A DNA stretch of 27,925 nt. Source: Vicugna vicugna. Lineage: Eukaryota. Shown here piece by piece: positions 12,713-21,938 of the stretch. How positions within the stretch are numbered: the stretch's first letter is position 1; the number at the start of each line of letters is the position of its first letter. The position numbers and the translations under genes are program-made. The stretch is taken from the NCBI GenBank assembly GCA_013265495.1, contig MU057777.1, positions 62,001 to 89,925 of the forward strand. Reading direction: 5' to 3'. A model generated the notes under the pieces. It was not told the DNA's origin. It was given only the letters and a program-made list of their open reading frames with translations, and did not search any database.

Positions 12713-13860
12713 GTCTTCTGGATTTAGCCATTCTAATAGGCATGCAGTGATATCTTTTTGTTTTAATTTGCATTTTACTAATTATGACTGATGTGCATCT
12801 CTTCATATTCTTAATTGCCATCTATATATCTTCTTTGGTCAAGTGTCTGTTCAGGCCTTTTGCCCACTGAACATTTTTTTTTAAATTAAGACTTTTTTTG
12901 GAGCAAGTTTAAGTTCACAGAAAAATTGAGAGAAAGATACAGAGGTTTCCCATTTACCTCCAGCCTCAACACATGCATAACCTCCACCATTATCAACATC
13001 CTCCATCATAGAGTGGTATATTTGTTACTAGTGATGAACCTACACTGACATATCATTATCACCCCAAATCCACAGTTCACATTAGGGTTTACTTTGAGTA
13101 TTCTACATTTCATGTGTTTGGGCAAATGTATAATGACATATATCCATTATAGTAGTATCATACAGAGTATGGTGGAAGTAGGGATGAATATGTAATATTT
13201 TCATTTTTTGGTCAGTTCAAAATTGTTTTGGTTATTTTAAGGAGTGTGCCTTTTTACTTAAATTTTAGAATAATCTTTTTGTATCTACAGAAACATCTTG
13301 CTGAGATTTTGGTAGCAATTGCATTAAAACTATAGATCAATTTGGGAGAGAACTGACATAGTTACTATGTTGAGTCTTCCAATTTATGAACATGATTTGC
13401 CTCTCCAGGTACTTAAGCCTCCTTTCATTTCTTTCATCAGCATTTTATAATTTTCATCATACATACTTTGTTAGAGTTATACATAAGTAAATTTATTTGA
13501 AGTAATTACAGATAGGCATTTTTCATTTCGATTTCTGCATGTTCATTGTAAGTATACAGAAATGTAATTGATTTTTGTGTGTTGCTCTTGTATCCTGTAA
13601 CATTACTGAACTCACTTATGAGCTCTGGGATTCTTATTGTTGATTATTTAAGGTAATCAATGTAGATAATCATGCATCTGCAAATAAAGACAGCTTTATT
13701 TCTCCTTTGTAATACGTATGCATTTTATTTCTTTTTCTTGCCTTATTGTAATGACTAGAACTTCCAGAACTGTGTTAAATAAATAAGAGCGGTGAGAGTG
13801 GACATCTTTGCCATGTTCCCTATCTTCAGTCTCACCATTATGTATGATGTTAGCTGAAAA
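12713..13860 (-). mobile_element. Old L1M ORF2 fragments with nested L1MC1-like 3' end (about 12880-13170)
   Basis: tagccattctaataggcatgcagtgatatc; gatgaacctacactgacatatcattatcaccccaaatccacagtt; ataatcatgcatctgcaaata (RT FADDMI motif, reversed). Confidence 0.82.
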
Positions 13861-14129
13861 GGTACTCAACATCAAAAATCATCAGGAAAAAGGAGAAATA
13901 ACTAAAAGAACACCCTATTTTGGAAAGGGGCAAACTATTTTTTGGAAAATAATTGTTCTTTAAAAGAATACCCCAAAGAATACCAAATCCCCTGTCCACT
14001 CACAAGTGAAAAAGAGTGTGGTCTCATCCAGACGAATGGTCTTTGGCTGGATACATAAATCTACACATTTCTACTGTTATTATTAAAATTTGCCCTACAG
14101 GTTATTTAAAAGTAAACTACTTATTTTAG

Positions 14130-15865
14130 ACAGATTTTCTAGTTTTATTATAATTATTAGTTTCTAACTTCATTTCCTTGTGGCAAAAAAAAAAAAACAC
14201 ATCCTCAGTGCAAATGTAATTGCTTACTTTATGGCCCACCATATCATCTATTCTTCTGGGTGCAGAAAAGAATGTGTATTCCATCGTTGTTACATATATT
14301 AGTCAATTAGGTCAAGTTTGTTAATATTATTGTTCAACTGTTCTGTATACTTGTTGGTTTTGTTTATCTGATGTTCTATTAGTTACTGAAGGATGTGTGT
14401 TAAGATTTCTGATTATGACTTTGAATTTATTTATTGGATATCTGTCAATGTTTGCTTTGTATTTTTTGACTGTTAAGTGCATACAAATTAGAATAATAAT
14501 TTTATCTTCTTGGTGGGTGTCCTTTATTATAATTAAAAATCTCTATGTTTCTTAAGGAATCCTTTCTTAAAGTCAGTTTTATTTTATATTAACATATTTA
14601 CATAAGATTTTCGGGGGCTGGTTTTGCATTGTACATGCATTGTCTATTTCTTCCACTCTTATTTTTGTGTCTCTTATAAACAGTAGTTAGATTTTCTTTC
14701 TTAACCTAATAATCTGTCATTTAATTGATGTGTTAAGTTAACTTATATTAAATATAATTACTGATATATTGCATTGACATTCAGATCTACTCAGATATTT
14801 AACCTCTCCAATGCTCCCATTTTATACCTCCAAGCTTTAATTTGGGATCATTTGACTTCTGTGTAAAGATACTAAATATTTCCTTTGGTGTTTGGTGTAA
14901 GATTCTCTAAGTTAGGGACCATAGGGAAACATCTATTTTATTTTTGTTTTGAAGGCTGTTTTTACTGGATGTAGAATTTCATACTGGCAGTTACTTTCTC
15001 CAGCATTTTGAAGGTATCATTTCTTTAACATTGTTTCTGTTGAGAATTGAAAGCCAATCTAATTGCTACTTTTTTAGCCACCTGCTGTTAAAATTGTTTC
15101 TTTTTCTTTATTTTTCAGCAGTGCTTACTAAAATACATTTAGATGAGGTTTTCTTTGTATTTATTCTGCACTTTTTAAATTTATGACTTGATGCTTGTGA
15201 TAGACAATTCTAAAATGACTTCCAGTGACTCTTGCCATATTATAATCCCTTCCATTGGAGGGCGAGTGGGACTGTGACTATGATGGATAGGATTTCACTT
15301 GAATGATTAAGTTATGTATATGGCACATCTGACTTTAAGAAAGGGAGATAATCTTTGGTTCCCCTGGCCTAATCCAGCGATCTCTTAAAAGGGATGGGCT
15401 TTTTCTGGTGAGAGACTTGAAACAGAAGAGGAATTTGCTGTCAAGGAGATTCTCCGTGGGCTTTGAAGATGAAGAGGACTACATGGCAAGTAATGCAGGC
15501 AGTGTCTAGTAGCTGAGAGTAACCCACATCTGATATGCAAGAAGGAAACTGTAACCTCAGTCCTACAGCCATGTGGAACTGAATTCAGCCAACAATCCGA
15601 ATGAGTCTGGGTGTGGATTCTTAGCCAGAGCCTCCAGAAAAGAATACAGCCTAACAAACACCCCGATTTCAGCCTTTAATAAAATGACCAGAGAACCCAG
15701 TCATGCCATGCCTTGTCTTCTGACATACAGAACTGTAAGATAATAAATGGGTGTTTGTATGCTTTGTTACTTTTGGAAAAGTCTCAGTCATTATCTCTTC
15801 AAATATTGTTTTTGTACCATTCTCTCCCTCCCCTCCTAGGACTTCTATTGCAAATATATCAGACA
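14130..15865 (-). mobile_element. Highly diverged L1ME-like fragment, interrupted by an MLT1 LTR
   Basis: agaatgtgtattccatcgttg, aggtcaagtttgttaat, ttttggaaaagtctcagtcattatctcttcaaata. Confidence 0.7.
15196..15758 (+). mobile_element. MLT1E-like MaLR solo LTR lacking its 3' terminal bases
   Basis: tgtgatagacaattctaaaatgacttcc...acctcagtcctacagcc...gaactgaattcagccaacaa...cagaactgtaagataataaatgggtg. Flanked by atgct at 15191-15195 and 15759-15763. Confidence 0.85.
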
Positions 15866-15962
15866 TTTACATGTACTAGGTGCCAGGCACTATTGTAAGT
15901 ACTGGAAATACATCAGTAAACAAAACAAATATTTCTGTCCTCATGAAGTACCTTCTAATGGC
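15866..15962 (-). mobile_element. L2a 3' fragment
   Basis: tactaggtgccaggcactattgtaagtactggaaatacatcagtaaacaaaaca...tgtcctcatgaag. Confidence 0.75.
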
Positions 15963-15989
15963 GTCCTAATCTCCCCTACTTAAACTGAC

Positions 15990-16830
15990 TCCTTTAACAG
16001 TGCTCTTCCTCATAGTTAATTTGAGTATCATCCAATCAGTTGTAGAACTAGTTCAATGTGAAATCTGTGCTTCAAACTTGATACCTCCTCTTTAAAATTT
16101 CTCCCTTGCAGACAATTTTCAAATAATGATAACTTTTACCCCTAAATGATTATCAAACCTGAACCATTGCATTATATCTCTATACACCAGTCCAGGTCCG
16201 CCATTATTCCTCACTCAAAAACTGCAAAAGCCACTTAACTGACCTATCCATACACACATTTATCCTCCTTTCAATCCACTTTGCACACTGTAGGAAGAGT
16301 GAACTAAAATAATAATATGTCATTCATTGCGAATGGATCCCTAGGGCATTCAGGGTAAAGTCCAATTTCCTTAACATGTTATGTAATGTCTTCCATTATC
16401 TGGTCCTGAGCAACCTCTTAGCCTCACTTCCTGCTATTTAGCTCCTTGTGCTTCATTGCTTATAATTTCCCAGACCCACTATACTCTTTCTTCCTTCTGA
16501 GAAACTAATGTTCCTGCTCTTGTTCTCTCAAACAGGAAGCCATTCCTACTCTGTCTTTTATTCATCTTTCAAGAATCAGTGGAGATATCACCTCATCAAA
16601 GAATTCCTCCCTAAACTACCAGAATGAACCAGTAGCTTCCCTGGGTCCTTTTATAGTAGTCTGTTTATGCCTCTGTCTTCTTTCTTAATACATTTTGCTG
16701 AAATTATGTTTAAGAGTTTTTCCCACCAGTAATACTTGGACACTCCTCAGTATTAAGACATTCATTTTTGCAATACGTTTCCTAGTACTTAGAAGAATTC
16801 CATAAATGTTTGTGGAAATTGGATTGAATT
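15990..16830 (+). mobile_element. L2 3' region, diverged
   Basis: caatccactttgcacactg, ttccattatctggtcctg, ttcatctttcaagaatcag, ataaatgtttgtggaa tail. Confidence 0.65.
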
Positions 16831-17039
16831 GCTTCCAGCTTCACAGCCTCTTTAAATCTGGTAAGTTGTATGCTGCAAATATTCACTTAGTAAGTAATAA
16901 GAATATTGACAAGGTCAAGCCTAAGGTAGGATTCACAGCAGGCCATCTAAAACTCTTCGTTTGATTATCGTCTGTTATGGTAATTTAATTAATTAATACA
17001 TAATTATATTAATTATCTAACCCATCAATATAGGTTCAT

Positions 17040-17420
17040 AATTCTTGTTCCTAAGGGTATCATAAAAGACTTGCTAAAATCTTGCTTAAATTTCATTCAT
17101 TAATTCCATGTACATGTTATATCTGTCATATTTCTATAAACTATCTCTAATTATCAGAAATAAACATGAGATTTGTGTGGAATGTCTTTGTGTATTGGTC
17201 ACTTTGTAATTTTCTAAGCACTCGCTTACTTTGAAAATCTGTTCCAGAAGCTAACTCAAGTTCAGCTCATTGATTAGAAGACTGAAAACTCTTCCTCCTT
17301 TTTCTTTGTTAGAAGTGGTATTGTATAAACCCAGTCTTAAAGCACCTCTCCTTATTCTCCTTAATTCTTTTGATCATTGAGAGTGGTTTAACAATATCAA
17401 GTTATAACTTATCCATACTA
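17040..17420 (-). mobile_element. L3/CR1 LINE RT-region fragment
   Basis: atgagatttgtgtggaatgtc...ctaagcactc...tctgttccagaa...ccagtcttaaagcacctctcccttattctcc...gatcattgagagtggt follows the reversed L3 consensus as I recall it. Confidence 0.6.
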
Positions 17421-17934
17421 GAACACATGTACTTTTTCTTTCTCAGAACATAGTTAAAATATTGTTCTTGTTGTCTTTGTAAGTATGTATTTCTACAAGT
17501 CTGAGGTAATTTGGGGCCTTATTCTTCTAAATATTAATCCTCTAGGCACATACCACCTGTTATATTAATCCTTCTTTCCATCTTTTATACATTATCCCTA
17601 AAAAAAAAAAAACTATGTGCTTACTGTAAAACTTCCATGTAGCACTATGGCTTTCCTCATTTCTCCTTTAATAGAATAATTTGTTGCTTCATAGTCAAAA
17701 TGATGTTTTTGAGAGCTTCCCAACCTTTAGAGACTAAAGCCATCTTAATGTAAATTAAGGTCCAACAAGTATCAATCACAATAACAGAAACTTCTGGAGA
17801 AAAGCCATAGCTAGAAATTCTAGTCAGAGTAAGCAATTACATAATAGGTCAATCTGAATCTTTTCATGGTTATTACTAAGGAAGAAGCATTACCTCCTAA
17901 AGGCTTAAAGCCAAGAGTCCATTTAGCTCCTGTC

Positions 17935-18515
17935 AATTTTTCCTTCCAAATGCCTCTCAGATTTGTCCTTCTCTTTCCATTCCTATAGATGCCTTCATCA
18001 CCTCATACCTGGACTACTGCCATAGACTAGATCGTTTTCTTGCCTCCACTCCACCCATATTCCAATCCATTTTCCATACTACTGCCAGATTAATCTTCTT
18101 AAAACACTTTAATCATGCCACTTTCCTGCCTGAGACTAGCTCAAATGTCACCTTCTTTGTAAAATTTTCCTAACTCTCCTAGGAAGAGTTAGTAGCTGCC
18201 TACTCAGTGTTTTCACAGTTCTTTGTGCATACCCTTATTAATGCACTTACAACACATATAATAATTGTCTGTTTCATTATTTTTCTCTTCCCATTTTCTG
18301 TGGGCTACTTGAGGGCAGACAAAATATTGAGTCATCTCTTTAAAACAGCACTCAAGTCTTCACATAATTGGCCCCATCTATCTTGCCCCATCATCTCAGG
18401 GCCTTCACATATGTTGTTTCCTCTGTCTACAATGTCCTCCCTCTCATTCTTCCTACCCATTCTTCAGGTTTCAGATTAAGTATCAATTCATTAAAGAAAA
18501 CTTCCCTGACACTCT
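17935..18515 (+). mobile_element. L2 fragments (two or three pieces)
   Basis: cctcatacctggactactgc, actgccagattaatcttcttaaaacac, tagctcaaatgtcaccttc. Confidence 0.7.
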
Positions 18516-18529
18516 TGATCAACTAATTA

Positions 18530-18880
18530 GCTAATCAATTCATTTAACAAATATTTATTGGGTGTCAACTTAATGCCAGGAACTATTTTAGGCACTTGGA
18601 AAACAGACAAAAATTCCTGCTTTCATGCTTATCTTCTAGTGGAAGGAGGTAGACAATTAAAGATAAACATAATAAATGAGTAAATTATACAGTATATTAT
18701 AAGGCAATAAGAACTATGAAAAAACCCAGCAGGATGAAAGGGTGTAGGACTTTTGAACATAGTGATCAAGAAAGACTTTACTGAGAAAAATGACATTTGA
18801 ACAAAAGGAGTTATTCATGAAGATGTCTGGTATAAAACAGGCCAATGCAAAGGGTCCAAGCTGAGATTGTATCTGTCATA
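18530..18880 (-). mobile_element. L2a 3' end
   Basis: ttcatttaacaaatatttattgggtgtc...atgccaggaact...tgagaaaaatgacatttgaacaaa. Confidence 0.75.
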
Positions 18881-18949
18881 TCTGTGTCTATGTTTAACTA
18901 GCACAATAATATATTTGATCTCATGAGTTAAAAGAATGCTGCTTTATAT

Positions 18950-19706
18950 CAGGGTCTCAAAATTAAATGCCAATGGGGTCTAGGCAAGTAACATAAATAG
19001 GTCGAGTATAAGAGAAAGCAAGGGATTGTGGAGAGAGGGGTAAACTGAAGAATGTTTGTTCTGTCCAAAAATCCTAGGCACTATTCAGCTCTAGCTAATT
19101 ATTGCCAGACAGGCCTAGTGCTGTCAGATTTGGGAGGAGCCAGAAATGCATATTATATAAGAACTCTTCCAATTTGTAATGTTGACAACTACATTGGTCC
19201 GGGTCCTCTGAAAAGGAGATGCCATGACAGGAATAGATGTGCAAGTGGTTTATCTGGGGAAACATGTGTGAGAAAAATGGGGAGAGAGTCTGAAAAAAAC
19301 TGGTAGAGCTGTCAGACCATGATGTAGTTACAATCCCTGTGGAGGAGAGAGAGAATGAGACAAGGTCTTAAACTGCAGATGCAATTCTAAGAAGGTTTCA
19401 ACAAGGTTGTTAGGGAGTCCTCAAGCAAAGGTGGTCATTAGAGGATTATGAATCTCCAAGAAATTGGCCTTCATTAGTATCCTTGTCATCCATGCTCAGT
19501 TCATAGTTGAGAGCAGTCTGTGGGAAGTGTGGACTCACATGGCAGCTGGGCCCTTGGTCAGTTGCACTTCCTTTAGTTTGATATTTCAGAAGCACTTTGT
19601 TGTGGATACCACAAGTAAATCTAACATTGTGGTGGCCAGAAAGGTTTGGCCAAAAATACATCCTCAAGTTATATTCAGCCAAAATGTGGACCTTTTTCAA
19701 CCTCTG
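18950..19706. mobile_element. MER102-like hAT MITE split by an LTR33-family insertion
   Basis: Left end cagggtctcaaaattaaatgcc..ggcaagtaacataaat, body ctattcagctctagc...aatgttgacaacta, right end ggccaaaaatacatc...ttcaacctctg. Confidence 0.7.
19190..19613. mobile_element. LTR33-family (ERVL) solo LTR
   Basis: gtcctctgaaaaggagatgcca, agagctgtcagaccatgatg, attctaagaaggtttcaacaagg...ggagtcctcaagc, gagcagtctgtgggaagtgtgg. Confidence 0.78.
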
Positions 19707-20149
19707 CTCTAGTTACTAACATATATTTCACCATGGATGGGCTAGTTACATATACATCCTGAGATAGGCCAAAATAGATTACCAATAGCATCTAGGTAGT
19801 AGGATTTAGATACCAGATTAGAACATGAAGAGCTTTAGCTGAGGTGGGTTAAAAATGCATTGCCAGAATAGAGAGGTGGTTTCACAGTATGAAGGAGCAA
19901 AACTGCAATCCAAAAAAACCCCAAAAAGTATGAGTAAGCATATTGCTTAAAGCAAAGTGTCTATAAGCATTATAGACATGATAAACAGTGAAGCTGAATA
20001 AACAGTAAAGTTGAAAGACAGAAATAGATGATCATTTTTGACTAAGCAGAGCACTGCAGATTTCTATATGAAATGAAAGTGAGCACTGTTACATATACTA
20101 TATTTATTTAGTATGCTGTGAGAATAAAAGCAAGAGCTAAAAATTTGGG

Positions 20150-21225
20150 GGATCTGAAAAGCAATAACAACTGTGGCCCTTGGTGAGAGACAATAATGTC
20201 AAGCAGGACATGGCCAATTTCATCAATGCATCTACTGTAATGAGTATGGCAGGACAGGGCAGGCTGAGGTAAAGTTTATGTCACACAAGGGTGGTCTAAG
20301 GTCAAAGCAGGTGCAGTTGCACTTTGGGGTTTCCAGGTGTATCCTTGGTTACAGTGCACGTTTCTGAATACCACAGAATATAATGTCAAGGGACTTCTTC
20401 TAGGAGCCATAGAGACACAGTGGGATAGCATTATGGTACAGGCAGAGAACTTGGGCATAGATCTGGCCAGTAAGGACTTACAGCTGGCAATGTACGAGTA
20501 GTTCCTACAACCCATGATCACACACACCCTTCAACCACACATTCCATATCTAGGTGATAGGTCAGGGTTTTTCAAATCTTTGTCAGGCTCTTCTGAGCAC
20601 AGGTGCTAAGCACAGGTTGCTGCTTCTGGATGAAGCTTACTGATGCTGGTGCCCACTGGAAAGGGTGCCCCTGTACCATGGGGGGGATGACTTTATAGCA
20701 GGGATTGCCCACATGTACTTTGGGAGTGGCCTTTGACTGCTGAGGATTTGTAGTTAAAGTATGGATAAGGCACCCCATCATCCATGTGGGGTCAACTGTA
20801 ATGTTCTGTTGGAGAAAACCCTTTTTCAGATGCACAGATGTTGTGGGATAAGATGTAGTATAATGAAGAGCCCCCCTAAATGCCTTGGGATGCTTTGGAG
20901 CTCCAGCGACCATAGTGAACTCTGGGCAGCTATGATGAATTGCCAGAAAAGAAGAGGCAACGGTGCAACAGGAGAAACAAATGACAAAGATGGTTTCCAG
21001 AAGAGTTAAATGGGAGATGACACAGTGTTAGTCACATTGAATGGTTCATGATTTCCCTGTGAATAGTCACTTATGTGCCAAAACTCTCCTTTTATGATTT
21101 GAGGTACATGCTGAAGGAGTGGGTATATATGATTAAAGAAGACAAACTACTCTAGTTGGCATGGGGCGAGGGGGACAGTTCTCAGTGGTTCTGACCATGG
21201 TGTTGGTGATAATACTTTACCTTAG
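20150..21225 (+). pseudogene. Endogenous bornavirus-like glycoprotein element (EBLG), degraded by stops, frameshifts and internal deletions
   Basis: Collinear blocks versus remembered BoDV-1 G: QCIYCNEYGRTGQAEVK..LCHT (20224-20287) ~ [24 protein letters not shown]; CSCTL (20312) ~ CRCSI; QVYP-WLQCTFLNTTEYNVKGLLLG (20334-20405) ~ [35 protein letters not shown] (20611) ~ HKLRPTLKDAW; FGSGL (20719) ~ FGTGI; FVVKVWIRHPII (20747) ~ FLRSWLNHPDII; YNEEPP (20859) ~ WNESTYYPP; RRVKWEMT (20999) ~ RRIRYNKT; VPKLSFYDLRYMLKE (21075) ~ LPSFAFLNPLGWLRD; LL*LAW followed by hydrophobic GGQFSVVLTMVLVIIL (21147-21220) ~ membrane anchor. Ends are approximate. Confidence 0.8.
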
Positions 21226-21545
21226 AATGTTCTCTTCACTCTATGTAAAATCTCTACTCATTCTTCAAAGGCCACTTCAAATCCTATTCATTCAAAGAAG
21301 CCTTTCTCAGATCATCTGGACTACACAGAATTCTTTCTTTCCTGATGGTAAACAGCAAATACTGTTTGTATCAAATATGATAGTATTGCCTTGATTTGAA
21401 CTGTCCTCCTAAATGAGTTAAGTATGTAAGCTTTGATTCTCCAGCTAGACTGAAAATTCCATGAAGTCACAGAATAAATTTTTTGTAACCCCCACAGTGC
21501 CAAACATATACTAAAGACTCAATATGTTTTTAATATGAATTTGAT
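21218..21545 (+). mobile_element. L2 3' fragment abutting the EBLG
   Basis: ccttagaatgttctc, tactcattcttcaaagg, ctagactgaaaattccatgaag, cccacagtgcc, actcaata. Confidence 0.68.
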
Positions 21546-21814
21546 TAAACCAAGATCTAACAATCATTGGTTGCAGAATAATTAGAAATACCTGGAAAAT
21601 AGCTATAGCTAGAAATCTTAGTCAGAGTAGGCAATTGCATATGGATCAACTCAATCTTCTCATGCTTACTACAAAGAAAAAAACATCATCTCCTGAAAGA
21701 CTGCAAGCCAAACTAGGGCACTTTGATTCCTGAATGACTGGCAGTTAAATCTGAGCATAATGACTACATTAGGAATTGGAATAAAACCAACTTATTCTTT
21801 ACTTTCTCTGCAGC

Positions 21815-21938
21815 ACAAGAATCATGAGAGAAACTTGAAATCTGAAATGTTCAAGTTTTAGCTCAAATTACAAAACAAGAATCATGCTAAGAACTTGAAA
21901 TCCCAAATGTCCACATTTTAGTTCAAATTACAAAACAA
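21815..21938 (+). repeat. Tandem duplication, 60-bp unit x2
   Basis: 21815-21874 vs 21875-21934: 50/60 identical, no gaps. Confidence 0.92.

Noticed and set aside
20283..20330. SKVKAGA resembling bornavirus nucleoprotein SKIKAGA, or an RNase H motif
   Set aside because: Flanking residues fit neither, whereas G-like blocks are collinear over 1 kb.
20276..21009. ORF-track ORFs 20276-20527(-), 20572-20913(-) and 20761-21009(+) as genes
   Set aside because: They are antisense or off-frame shadows of the decayed G sequence, with no recognisable protein.
21161..21394. Small membrane protein ORF (77 aa)
   Set aside because: A chimera of the EBLG anchor remnant and L2 sequence, with no promoter or splice support.
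21815..21938. CRISPR-like or satellite array
   Set aside because: Only two abutting units with no spacers, in a mammalian context.
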